Positions 49,854 to 58,703 of a stretch of 64,000 bases of DNA are shown piece by piece. A model generated the notes under the pieces. The model did no database searches. It was not told where the DNA came from and worked only from the letters and a program-made list of their open reading frames with translations. The number at the start of each line of letters is the position of its first letter. The stretch's first letter is position 1. The DNA is from Spirochaetia bacterium (GTDB taxonomy: Bacteria > Spirochaetota > Spirochaetia > DSM-27196 > Salinispiraceae): contig JBBRCZ010000005.1 of assembly GCA_038204425.1 (NCBI GenBank), positions 131,624-195,623 of the forward strand, read 5' to 3'. A program made the translations under genes and the position numbers.

Positions 49854-50657
49854 GTGGACAGTTATCTAGAAAAAATTGCTTCACAACTGGGGCCACTTGG
49901 TTTGGTTTTGGCGGGCCTGTGGTTACTCAGTCTGATCGTGGTGCCAATTCTCACTTGGATCTGGGGAGAAAAGGGACAGCGGCGCGGCATTGAAGTTGGG
50001 GTGGTCGTGCAAGTGGTGACGGTTGCTTACCTATGTTCGCAAAATATGGCAATCACTGTTGTTGCTGGGCTGTTTGCGTTAAGCCTGATCTTTGGTTGGT
50101 CAATTGAGTTTCTCGGTTCTAGGACAGGCCTTCCATTTGGCAAGTACCACTACACCGATGTGCTAAAACCACAGTTGGCGCGCGTACCGCTCTTGATACC
50201 CTTGGCTTGGTTTATGATGCTGCCACCGTCATGGGCAACAAGTTTGGTCCTTCATCAGGCTCTGGGACTTGAGCCAAGCGTGCTTAGTTTTGCTGTCTTT
50301 AGCGCGCTATGTTTTACTGCTTGGGATCTTTACTTGGATACGCAGATGGTAAAGTGGAATTTTTGGAAGTGGGACAAAAAAGGTGCCTACTTTGGTATCC
50401 CGCTCAGCAACTATGCAGGATGGTTAGTCGCTGGTTTTGTCGTAAGTCTGCTTGCCTATCTAATCTACCCAGCGATTTTGCAGCTCAACGCACTGCCAAG
50501 TGATGCCTTGTTGGCAATCTACGTTCTGACCTGCCTGCTTGAGTTTATTGGGCAGTTCTTTTTTTGGCGTTTAAAAGGTTCGGCGCTGGTTGGATTACTG
50601 GCAATGGGCACAATCAGCGCTCTGGCGCTCAGTTACTTTGTTGTGGGGCCCATGTAA
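49854..50657 (+). CDS. Carotenoid biosynthesis membrane protein, CruF-like 1,2-hydratase (DUF422)
   Basis: E.LGSRTGLPFGKYHYT, VPLLIPLAWF, AWDLYLD, W.W...GAYFGIPLSNYAGW. Confidence 0.85.
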   Translation: MDSYLEKIASQLGPLGLVLAGLWLLSLIVVPILTWIWGEKGQRRGIEVGVVVQVVTVAYLCSQNMAITVVAGLFALSLIFGWSIEFLGSRTGLPFGKYHYTDVLKPQLARVPLLIPLAWFMMLPPSWATSLVLHQALGLEPSVLSFAVFSALCFTAWDLYLDTQMVKWNFWKWDKKGAYFGIPLSNYAGWLVAGFVVSLLAYLIYPAILQLNALPSDALLAIYVLTCLLEFIGQFFFWRLKGSALVGLLAMGTISALALSYFVVGPM

Positions 50658-51696
50658 AGTCACTTTCTAAGTCGATTAGTAGCGCTCGATCAAAGTTGCC
50701 AGTTGCAACTAATTTTCTATCCTTGCCAACGAATACCGCTTGGTAGTCAGGGAACTGCTGCATAAATTTGAGCCCCTTTTCTCTTCCCAAAACAAAACAA
50801 GTTGTAGATAAGGCGTCGCAGTACATCGACGAACGATTGGAAATAATGCTGACCTGATCGACATCGCTTTGTGATGGGGCACCCGTTTTGCTGTCAAGGA
50901 TATGATGGTAGCGCTTGCCATCTTGCTCAAAATAACGCTCATAGTTACCTGAGGTGACCAGTGTCAAGTCTCGTGCTTCTAGTATGCCCATGAGACTGCC
51001 TCGGTCTTGGTCTGGTCTTTGTATTCCGATGCGCCAAGCTTGCGTACCAGTCTTGGAACCAAAAACAAATATGTTGCCACCCAAGTCAAAAATTGCTCGT
51101 TTAACGCCGGCTTCTTTGGCTATTTTAATTAGTTCGTCGGCGGCATAACCTTTAGCAATTGCCCCAAGGTCGAGGCGCATGCCAGACTTTTCTAGTTTGA
51201 CTGACAAACTTGGTTCATTTAAACTTACTTGTTTATAATCAATTAGACCGAGAAGCGCTTCGATTTCTTTTGGTGCAGGAACGCGTGCATTATCGCCGCC
51301 GATATCCCAAAGTTGGATCATTGGACCAAGTGCCGGATTAAAGGCTCCGTTGCTGCGTTGCGCTATTTCCAAGGCAGTTTTTATTACCAAAAAAGTATCT
51401 GCAGAAACTCTTACAAACCCCAATCCAGCCTGTCTATTGATCTGACTAACTTCGCTATCTTGGTACTGACTGCTCATTCTTTTTTCTATAACTTGTGCTC
51501 GGTTAAAAAGTAATTTAAATATAGCTTCAGAATTTGCCTCGGGGATGCTAAGATTAATACGAGTTCCCATCAAAAATTGTCCCTGGCTTGCCAAAGTTTC
51601 TTTTGCTTCGCAAGAAGACAAAATTAAAAACAGCGGCACTATCATTAAAGATAGGCGTCTTAAGTTGAGCAGAGACGGTGAAGTAGTACTTTTCAT
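50629..51696 (-). CDS. apbE: FAD:protein FMN transferase lipoprotein (ApbE/FmnB)
   Basis: Lipobox LSSC; MGT, SEVSQIN, LDLGAIAKGYAAD, DLGGN, VTSGNYERYF, YHHILD, CDALST. Confidence 0.95.
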   Translation of the reverse strand: MKSTTSPSLLNLRRLSLMIVPLFLILSSCEAKETLASQGQFLMGTRINLSIPEANSEAIFKLLFNRAQVIEKRMSSQYQDSEVSQINRQAGLGFVRVSADTFLVIKTALEIAQRSNGAFNPALGPMIQLWDIGGDNARVPAPKEIEALLGLIDYKQVSLNEPSLSVKLEKSGMRLDLGAIAKGYAADELIKIAKEAGVKRAIFDLGGNIFVFGSKTGTQAWRIGIQRPDQDRGSLMGILEARDLTLVTSGNYERYFEQDGKRYHHILDSKTGAPSQSDVDQVSIISNRSSMYCDALSTTCFVLGREKGLKFMQQFPDYQAVFVGKDRKLVATGNFDRALLIDLESDFTWAPQQSN

Positions 51697-51752
51697 GTGC
51701 AAAGCATGACACACAGACCAATCAGGACGCAAGCTGTCGAGGAGTAGAAGCT

Positions 51753-53720
51753 ATGGAAAAAACAACGCGCATTGTCATTTTGGGCGGAGGCTACGCTGGA
51801 GTTCACGCCACCAAACAGCTCGCAAAACGATTTAGACGCGACAGAAATGTCGAGATAAGCCTAATCGACAAAAACCCCTACCATACGCTGATGACTGAGC
51901 TGCACGAGGTGGCTGGCTCACGCACCGATGCAGAAGCCGTTCAGGTTAATTTTGGTCGAATTTTTAATGGCAGCAAGGTCAAAGTGTTGGTCGATGAAGT
52001 CGATGGTATAGATTTTGAGCAAAAAATACTAAAGTCAAACAATGCAGAATACCACTATGACTACCTAATTTTGGGAACCGGTGGACAGCCAGAGTTTTTT
52101 GGAATACCGGGAGTTCAAGAGTATTCGTATACGCTCTGGTCACTTGAGGACGCAATTCGCATCCGCGAGCATGTTGAGCTGTGCTTTAGAAATGCGGCTA
52201 AAGAGCCGAGTCAAGAAAAGAAGAAAGCCTTGTTGACCTTTGCAATAGCCGGGGCAGGTTTTACCGGCATTGAGTTGGCTGGAGAAATAATTGAACGCGC
52301 TGACGTCTTGTGTGGCAAATATCACATCGATAGGGATGAAGTCCGGATTCTAATCATAGAGGCCAAAGATAGCATTCTACCAATGCTCAGTAAAAAGTCC
52401 CAAAACGCGGCCATGGCCTACCTTAAAAAGTTGGGTGCCGAAGTTCTTATCAACACCGCCATTGTCAAGGCAGATCAAGAAAGAGTGTATTTTGAGGACC
52501 AAACTAGCCTTAGGGCTGACACCTTTATTTGGACCGGTGGCATTCAAGCCTCCGAGTTTACCGCGCGAATCAACTTAACAAAGGGCAAAGTATCAAATGA
52601 CAACTGCTCAGTAGCCAGTCCCGAGGGCGTACACGGTATGGCAGGCTGCCATTTTGATGAGGACGAACGGCACATAGTTGGCGCGCGCGGCCGTGTCTTG
52701 GTCGATAGTTTTTTACAATCAGTTGACTACAAGGACGTCTATCTTTGTGGGGACATGATCTGGTTGGTGCATGACGAAAAGGTGGTGCCACAAATTGTTG
52801 AAAATGCCCTACAGAGCGCCGAGTACGCAGCCGCCAACATAGTTGCCAGTATGCGCGGCAAAGAGCGCAAACAGTTTGTGCCAAACTTCCACGGTTTTGT
52901 AGTTTCCATTGGTAGTAAGTATGCAGTCGCCCATGTGATGGGTATTTCGATACGTGGTTTTTTTGGCATGGCACTCAAACACGTCATTAACCTGCACTAT
53001 TTGTGGGGTCTGGCCGGTGTCAACGCTTGTTGGACCTACCTCCAAGATGAGTTCTTAAACGTTAGGAATCGGCGTTCTATGCTTGGCGGACATGCTGCAG
53101 TCAAAGTTCAGGCCTTTTGGCTCTTGCCAGCCAGGCTTTGGCTTGGATTGGTCTGGCTCATAGAAGCATTAAATAAGGTGGGTGACGGCTGGCTACGTTT
53201 TGACGAGGGCAGTAAATCCAAAGATCTTTTTTCTTCTGGGGACGCAGTAAGTGTGGCAAGTGATGTACTGGTTGCGCCTTTTTCGCTCTTGGACTGGGAC
53301 ATAAATAGTCCCATTCTAGCGCAAGATTCGCCATTAGTTCTTTTCTTTAAGTCAGTCTTTATGGATGGCATGATGGCTGCCATTCCTTTTCAGGTCTTCC
53401 AATCAATGGTTGTAGTAAGCGAGCTGGCGATCGGCCTTGCCCTTGTGGCTGGATTTCTGACTTTCCCAGCAGCTGCGCTTTCTATAGGCATGTGTAGCAT
53501 CTTTATTTTGACAGGCATGTTTAGTTGGAGTCAGGTTTGGTTTATGGTGGTGGCAGTCGCACTTATGGGAGGTGCTGGTCAGGCGGTCGGACTCGACTAT
53601 TGGTTTATGCCTTGGCTCAAGAAAAACTGGAACGCAAGCTCGCTTGCACATAGGACGCATTTTTACACCGATGAGCCAAGCAAGAAAAAGTCCACTAAAA
53701 GAGTCAAAAAAAGCTCATGA
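51753..53720 (+). CDS. Type II NADH dehydrogenase with C-terminal multi-TM (DoxX-like) domain, Ndh2-like
   Basis: ILGGGYAG and AGAGFTGIELAGE dinucleotide motifs, TELHEVAG, PQIVENA; C-terminal RLWLGLVWLIEA...SELAIGLALVAG membrane domain. Confidence 0.9.
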   Translation: MEKTTRIVILGGGYAGVHATKQLAKRFRRDRNVEISLIDKNPYHTLMTELHEVAGSRTDAEAVQVNFGRIFNGSKVKVLVDEVDGIDFEQKILKSNNAEYHYDYLILGTGGQPEFFGIPGVQEYSYTLWSLEDAIRIREHVELCFRNAAKEPSQEKKKALLTFAIAGAGFTGIELAGEIIERADVLCGKYHIDRDEVRILIIEAKDSILPMLSKKSQNAAMAYLKKLGAEVLINTAIVKADQERVYFEDQTSLRADTFIWTGGIQASEFTARINLTKGKVSNDNCSVASPEGVHGMAGCHFDEDERHIVGARGRVLVDSFLQSVDYKDVYLCGDMIWLVHDEKVVPQIVENALQSAEYAAANIVASMRGKERKQFVPNFHGFVVSIGSKYAVAHVMGISIRGFFGMALKHVINLHYLWGLAGVNACWTYLQDEFLNVRNRRSMLGGHAAVKVQAFWLLPARLWLGLVWLIEALNKVGDGWLRFDEGSKSKDLFSSGDAVSVASDVLVAPFSLLDWDINSPILAQDSPLVLFFKSVFMDGMMAAIPFQVFQSMVVVSELAIGLALVAGFLTFPAAALSIGMCSIFILTGMFSWSQVWFMVVAVALMGGAGQAVGLDYWFMPWLKKNWNASSLAHRTHFYTDEPSKKKSTKRVKKSS

Positions 53721-54748
53721 TTTCTGTCTTTGCCGAAGTACCCGTTTTAAAAGACGATCTGCAGCGGGTACTGATGTGTCTAAGAGACGCTGTTTTTTGT
53801 AAAAACACGAGGTTGCAGGCCAGCATAGAAGGCTTGCTTGCCAAGCCCGGTAAACTAGTGCGTCCAGGCTTGGTTGTGCTTGGAGCGCGTTATGCCTACC
53901 AAGAACAAGCTGATAGCGAGGCGTGGAAGCGTCACCTGCCCGAGGCAACAATAAGACTTGCTGCCGCAGTAGAACTCTTGCACCTAGCTTCTATGATACA
54001 CGATGATGTGATTGACCAAGCAGTCCTGCGCCGCAACATGCCGAGTTTTTTGGCCTTGCATGGCGCTGGAGATGCAGTACTGATTGGCGACTTATTGATG
54101 GCAAGTGGACTTAGATTGGTAGCAGACTTGGCAGAAAAAAAAGAAGTCAGTCAGGTGATAGAAGCGGTTCAAGTCATAATCCAAGCCGAAGCGCGACAAT
54201 CAGAAAGTCGCATGCTAGGCAAAGCAAGCGTCAAAAAGTACCTGCACCAAATCGCAGGAAAAACCGCCGTCTTGATGTGCTTGGCACTTCGTGCGGGTGC
54301 TCAAAAGAACGGAGCATCAGAACAAGCCTGTCAGCAGCTGCAACGTACAGCTTGGAATATGGGTATGGCCTTCCAAATTGTAGATGACATGCTTGATTTT
54401 TCCAATCAATCGAGTATCGGTAAGCCTGCGCAAAGTGATCTAAAAGCAGGCATTTGGACCCTGCCGGTATTGTTAGCCTTAAATAAATATAAGCAGTCGG
54501 CAGGAAATACCGAAAGCGTTGCACAACAGAAAAAGTTGGCAAAAGAACTCGAGCGTCCCAGCTTGGGCAGGAACTCCAGAAGAAAGATAGTCGACTTGGT
54601 CAAAAATTTGAGTGGATTTTCACAGGCACAGGATTGGGCCAAAAGATACACAGAACGCGCAAAACGTAGTCTTGAGGCACTAAAAGACGGACACGCGCGT
54701 GTTGTCTTGGCTAGGCTGCTAGACCATTTAGTTGCCCGTCAAGAGTGA
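53717..54748 (+). CDS. trans-polyprenyl diphosphate synthase (HepT/DmkB-like)
   Basis: GKLVRP, ELLHLASMIHDDVID, GKTA, AFQIVDDMLD, GKPAQSDLKAG; start overlaps ndh2 stop (ATGA). Confidence 0.92.
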   Translation: MISVFAEVPVLKDDLQRVLMCLRDAVFCKNTRLQASIEGLLAKPGKLVRPGLVVLGARYAYQEQADSEAWKRHLPEATIRLAAAVELLHLASMIHDDVIDQAVLRRNMPSFLALHGAGDAVLIGDLLMASGLRLVADLAEKKEVSQVIEAVQVIIQAEARQSESRMLGKASVKKYLHQIAGKTAVLMCLALRAGAQKNGASEQACQQLQRTAWNMGMAFQIVDDMLDFSNQSSIGKPAQSDLKAGIWTLPVLLALNKYKQSAGNTESVAQQKKLAKELERPSLGRNSRRKIVDLVKNLSGFSQAQDWAKRYTERAKRSLEALKDGHARVVLARLLDHLVARQE

Positions 54749-55435
54749 GGCGGTATCCCACAAGTGAATGCGGGCAAACGAGCGAAAAAGGTGGCTGGCC
54801 AACCACCTGTCGGGGTTTAAGTATCTCTGACTGCTCATGCGCATTGCTGAGTTGTAGATTTTAATACTGCCATCTTCTTGTTTTACCTGACCGAGATCCG
54901 GGGCGAGCAGATTCATGTAGGCCTTAATGATGCCGCGACGATAGTCATGGTGCAAGTAGGTAATCGTACCGTCATCGTCGACAGCAATAACTAGACCGAC
55001 GTGCGTGAGTTGGTCGTTCCAGGCTTTGTCGCCGTTTCTGTCATGAGTATTGTCCCAAAAAATTAGGTCACCAATTTCTGGTAAGAAAAAGTCATGAACC
55101 AAACCTGCCTCGGTAACGATCTGATAAAATCTCTCTACACCAGTGCCGCTTGCCGACCCATACTCTCGGCGAATGTCAAGACCTGATTTAAACAGGGAGG
55201 CCATGGTTGTCCCCGAACAATCCCACGGAAAATTGACACCTTGCACCTTGAGACTTGTTAATCCAAGTAGAGCCTCACCAGCCTTCTGAATAGATTTTTG
55301 TCGGTCGGAGAGTTCTAAGTCAAGTTGATTTTGTTGTCCAAGATCCTGACCGTGTACGCAGGATATGATAGAAATAGAAAAGAGAAATAGCGAGAGTAGG
55401 CAAGCTTGTCTTGGTCTGGACTTGGGTAGAGACAA
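54728..55435 (-). CDS. NlpC/P60 (CHAP-like) lipoprotein
   Basis: IISC lipobox-like; WDCSG catalytic Cys, GDLIFWDNT, LTHVG His. Start is uncertain: TTG 55435 chosen because the ORF-track start overlaps the rhomboid gene. Confidence 0.75.
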   Translation of the reverse strand: MSLPKSRPRQACLLSLFLFSISIISCVHGQDLGQQNQLDLELSDRQKSIQKAGEALLGLTSLKVQGVNFPWDCSGTTMASLFKSGLDIRREYGSASGTGVERFYQIVTEAGLVHDFFLPEIGDLIFWDNTHDRNGDKAWNDQLTHVGLVIAVDDDGTITYLHHDYRRGIIKAYMNLLAPDLGQVKQEDGSIKIYNSAMRMSSQRYLNPDRWLASHLFRSFARIHLWDTASLLTGN

Positions 55436-55478
55436 GACTTGGTCGATAATTAATAAAGCAGAGAAGTGAGGTTTTTTG

Positions 55479-56108
55479 ATGGCAATTGTTCCTTTTAAAC
55501 GCAAACTGTTTCCCCATGTATATTTTAGTGCCACTTACTGGATTATTGGTGCCAATATTGTATTTTTTATACTAAATATCATACGGAACGACAGCATCTT
55601 TATCACCGGTCTGTCAATGCAGGGCATTTCTCAGGGTTTTGTCTGGCAACTGCTAACCTTTCATTTGAGTGATTTTGACCTATGGTCGGTGCTTTTTAAC
55701 ATGCTGGCTCTGTATTTTTTTGGTTCAACGGTGGAACGAGAAATGGGATCTTATCATTTTCTTTTGTTCTACTTTGGCATTGGTTTGGCCAACGGTTTGG
55801 CAACGCTCGGATTAAACATGGTTTTGGGTGCCAATGGTGGATTGTTTTTTGGGGCCTACGGATTGGTGAGCGCTGTCATGTTGGCTTATGCTAGCTTTTA
55901 TCCCTACAGCACTATACACATAATGGGCATAATCCCTGTTAGGGCCCCAGTTTTAATGTTGATTGTTTTGGGACTAATGATTTGGGGAACACGAGGACAA
56001 GGTTTGTTTGCTTTGCATCACCTGTTTGCCTTTATGTTTGCCTACTTAATAATGCTGCTGCGTTATCGACTCAACGTTTTTAACTACGTCTTTAAAGGTC
56101 GGAGATAA
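55479..56108 (+). CDS. Rhomboid-family membrane protein lacking the catalytic serine
   Basis: WQLLTF, LFNMLALYFFGSTVEREMG, GIIPVRAP; GAYG in place of GASG. Confidence 0.8.
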   Translation: MAIVPFKRKLFPHVYFSATYWIIGANIVFFILNIIRNDSIFITGLSMQGISQGFVWQLLTFHLSDFDLWSVLFNMLALYFFGSTVEREMGSYHFLLFYFGIGLANGLATLGLNMVLGANGGLFFGAYGLVSAVMLAYASFYPYSTIHIMGIIPVRAPVLMLIVLGLMIWGTRGQGLFALHHLFAFMFAYLIMLLRYRLNVFNYVFKGRR

Positions 56109-56116
56109 GCAGGCCT

Positions 56117-56800
56117 ATGAGATCTTTTGCTAGAACTTTGCTAGTTCTTGCTTTGCTGGGCTTCACTGTTTGTTGTGCACAAACCTTGTCTGCGCAAGAT
56201 TTTTCTAGCTTACAAGCAGAGGTCTGGCTGGACTTTGAGCCAATGGGCGCTGACGGCCCTCTGCCTCGCCCCACAAACGAAGAAGCCTCACGGGTGTTAT
56301 TGGAAGAAGCGCGCTTGCTATTTTCTGGCATGATCTATGGTTATTCTTTTAGCTATGTACCGTCGGACACTGTGCGCCAAGTTGGCGAGCAGTTTGACCT
56401 CAAAGTTCTCGCTACTATTCCTTGGGGAGATTCCCGCCTTGAGTACCGGCAGACGCGAGCTGATGAATCCAGCGTCTACCTCAGGGTGAGATATTTTCCA
56501 AGTAAGATCGAACAAACCCGACTTAAAAATTGGAATAGCAATCGCATTCCGGACTACCAAGCCCGCGGCGAAGCATCATATTTTGATGGCCCTAAGTCCA
56601 AGCTTAAGGCGCTAGACCAAGGCATCAAAGAGGCTGTCAGAAACTTGGCGCGAGGAATTATTCGCAATAAACCTGCCGAACTACGCGGGCTGGCTGTCTT
56701 AGCAGGCATACCGCGCTTTGCCGTGATTGGTGGAAACTATGTAGCAGATGTACGCGTTTTTATTAGACTAGAAGAATCTTACAAGTATCTGACCTACTAA
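56117..56800 (+). CDS. Hypothetical exported protein
   Basis: 227-aa ORF with signal peptide and host-like composition; no motif recognised. Confidence 0.75.
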   Translation: MRSFARTLLVLALLGFTVCCAQTLSAQDFSSLQAEVWLDFEPMGADGPLPRPTNEEASRVLLEEARLLFSGMIYGYSFSYVPSDTVRQVGEQFDLKVLATIPWGDSRLEYRQTRADESSVYLRVRYFPSKIEQTRLKNWNSNRIPDYQARGEASYFDGPKSKLKALDQGIKEAVRNLARGIIRNKPAELRGLAVLAGIPRFAVIGGNYVADVRVFIRLEESYKYLTY

Positions 56801-56810
56801 GCCTAGCTTG

Positions 56811-56839
56811 TAGCCAAAAACGTCTCGACGTTTTATATT
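56811..56839 (+). promoter_or_regulatory. Putative leaderless crtZ promoter with palindromic operator
   Basis: TAGCCA-17 nt-TATATT-6 nt-ATG; AAAACGTC-TC-GACGTTTT palindrome (56817-56834) fills the spacer. Confidence 0.45.
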
Positions 56840-56845
56840 AGAAAT

Positions 56846-57319
56846 ATGGAATGGTTAATGATAGTCCTTAATATAGTAGTGTTTCTGTTGGCCTTTGCCG
56901 GCATGGAGTTTGTGGCCTGGTTTACCCACAAATACGTGATGCACGGCTTTTTGTGGGTCTTACACAAAGACCATCACGTGCCACACAAAGGAAGATTTGA
57001 AAAGAACGATCTGTTTGTCGTTTTTTTTGCTACACCGGCTGTTGTGAGCATGGTGATAGGCATAAATACCGGCAACTGGACAGTAATTGCCGCTGGCGCA
57101 GGTATAACGCTCTACGGAATTTGTTATACGCTTTTTCATGACGTGATGTTTCACAAAAGACTCAGGTGGCTAAAGATTCCCACCAGGGCAGCCTACCTCA
57201 AACGAATAATTAATGCCCATCGCAATCACCATTCTAGCACTGAGCAAGAAAGGGCCAAAGCCTTTGGCTTTTTGTTTGCTAGTAAGAAGTATGAAGTCAA
57301 GACAAGCAAGGGTGAGTGA
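56846..57319 (+). CDS. crtZ: Beta-carotene hydroxylase
   Basis: MEFVAWFTHKYVMHGFLWVLHKDHH, FEKNDLF, YG..Y.LFHDVMFHKR, AHRNHH, FGFL. Confidence 0.95.
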   Translation: MEWLMIVLNIVVFLLAFAGMEFVAWFTHKYVMHGFLWVLHKDHHVPHKGRFEKNDLFVVFFATPAVVSMVIGINTGNWTVIAAGAGITLYGICYTLFHDVMFHKRLRWLKIPTRAAYLKRIINAHRNHHSSTEQERAKAFGFLFASKKYEVKTSKGE

Positions 57320-57379
57320 TAGAGGGCTGATAATGAGGTTTGGCCTGCAGCGAAGGGTCTTGTTAGGCGTCTACAAGCC

Positions 57380-58045
57380 TTAGAGCCGTCCTACAAATTG
57401 CGGCTCAAGCCAATTTACAAGCTTTTTAGACTCGGACAGTGCTTGTGCCAGGCTATTTTCAGTGACATATACCCACGGTGGTACATACCAGCCTGTTTTG
57501 GCATCGTCTGCCTTACTGGACAGTTCACGATCACTATCATTGATAAAAAGTGGTTTTTTGATCTTCTTGAGGTCGGAGTCGCCAAACTGTGTCTGCATAT
57601 CTGTGATTTCTGGAGGATGTTCAATTACGTTTCGTGCCAAGATTATTTCCTCAATAATACTCAAATCCAACGACCCACTACGAAAGTCAATCCCAAATTG
57701 TTGCAAAAAATACTCTCCGTAGCCTTCGAGCCAACCCTTTCGTTTGAACGTTGGCCTTTTTAATTCCGGGTCATCTTGTCGACCACTCTGCTTTATCCAC
57801 GCTTCGAAATACAATTTCAGCGCCGTGGCGAGCATTGAGACACAGGTATATCCAAGCACAATAAGCGACTCACCGGCTTCGACCCATTCAGCTTGAAAGG
57901 CCGGTTTTTTTTCACTATAAGGCGGCACAAAGGGTTCTTCTGCATCTTCAATTCTTCGCTTTCGCTCAACAAATGGCGCAGAGCCCAACGCGTAGAACTG
58001 CTCAATAAAACTCAGCCGGTTCGAGAAGAAGTAGTGAATGTCCAT
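57380..58045 (-). CDS. Hypothetical protein, possibly an orphan gene cassette
   Basis: 221-aa ORF with AAAGG RBS; flanked by GTTGGCAGTC upstream and GACGCCTAAC just after the stop. Confidence 0.75.
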   Translation of the reverse strand: MDIHYFFSNRLSFIEQFYALGSAPFVERKRRIEDAEEPFVPPYSEKKPAFQAEWVEAGESLIVLGYTCVSMLATALKLYFEAWIKQSGRQDDPELKRPTFKRKGWLEGYGEYFLQQFGIDFRSGSLDLSIIEEIILARNVIEHPPEITDMQTQFGDSDLKKIKKPLFINDSDRELSSKADDAKTGWYVPPWVYVTENSLAQALSESKKLVNWLEPQFVGRL

Positions 58046-58256
58046 AATCTACCTTTGACTGCCAACGCCAATTATACTGTTTGGCATAACTTACCATTGG
58101 CCACGTGTTCAACGTGACATCCGCTTTGCCCATCCAACTATAGCTCATTATTCCGCACTCTACCTGCACCAGTTGTGCTTGCCATTAAGATCGACTCTTA
58201 GCTATTGCCAAAAAAGACCAGGACTAGATACAATAATAAGCAGGAGAATAAAATAT

Positions 58257-58703
58257 ATGAAAGCGATTGCAACCACCGTAGAAGATATTTTGATCAACCT
58301 TCCTGAGGACAGAGTAGAACCATTTACCAATCTACATAAGGTAATTGTGGAAAACCTGCCCCAAGGTTTTGAAGCAGCCATCAGCTATGGTGGATTGGGT
58401 TATGTTGTTCCGCATACGATCTATCCTGCGGGCTACCATTGTAATCCGAGCGAGCCGCTACCATTTGCGAGCATTGCTTCACAAAAAAATTCCATTAATT
58501 TTTACCACTTGGGAATTTACTCCGATCCCAAGTTATTGGAATGGTTCGTCACAGAATATCCTAAACACAGTAAGCAAAAACTGGACATGGGAAAAAGTTG
58601 TGTCCGCTTTAAGAAGTTTGATGAGATACCCTATAAACTCATTGGCGACTTAATGAAAAAGATTAGCGTTAAGGAATGGATAGAGATCAACGAGAAAAAT
58701 TAG
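58257..58703 (+). CDS. DUF1801 domain protein
   Basis: YVVPH.IYPAGYHC.P..PLPF..IASQKN, KLDMGKSCVRFK; AGGAG RBS before ATG 58257. Confidence 0.9.
   Translation: MKAIATTVEDILINLPEDRVEPFTNLHKVIVENLPQGFEAAISYGGLGYVVPHTIYPAGYHCNPSEPLPFASIASQKNSINFYHLGIYSDPKLLEWFVTEYPKHSKQKLDMGKSCVRFKKFDEIPYKLIGDLMKKISVKEWIEINEKN

Noticed and set aside
53717..54748. Calling the polyprenyl synthase crtE
   Set aside because: It is coupled to ndh2 and has Ala/Ser before the first DDxxD, which suits a longer-chain quinone-tail synthase. Chain length cannot be fixed from sequence alone.
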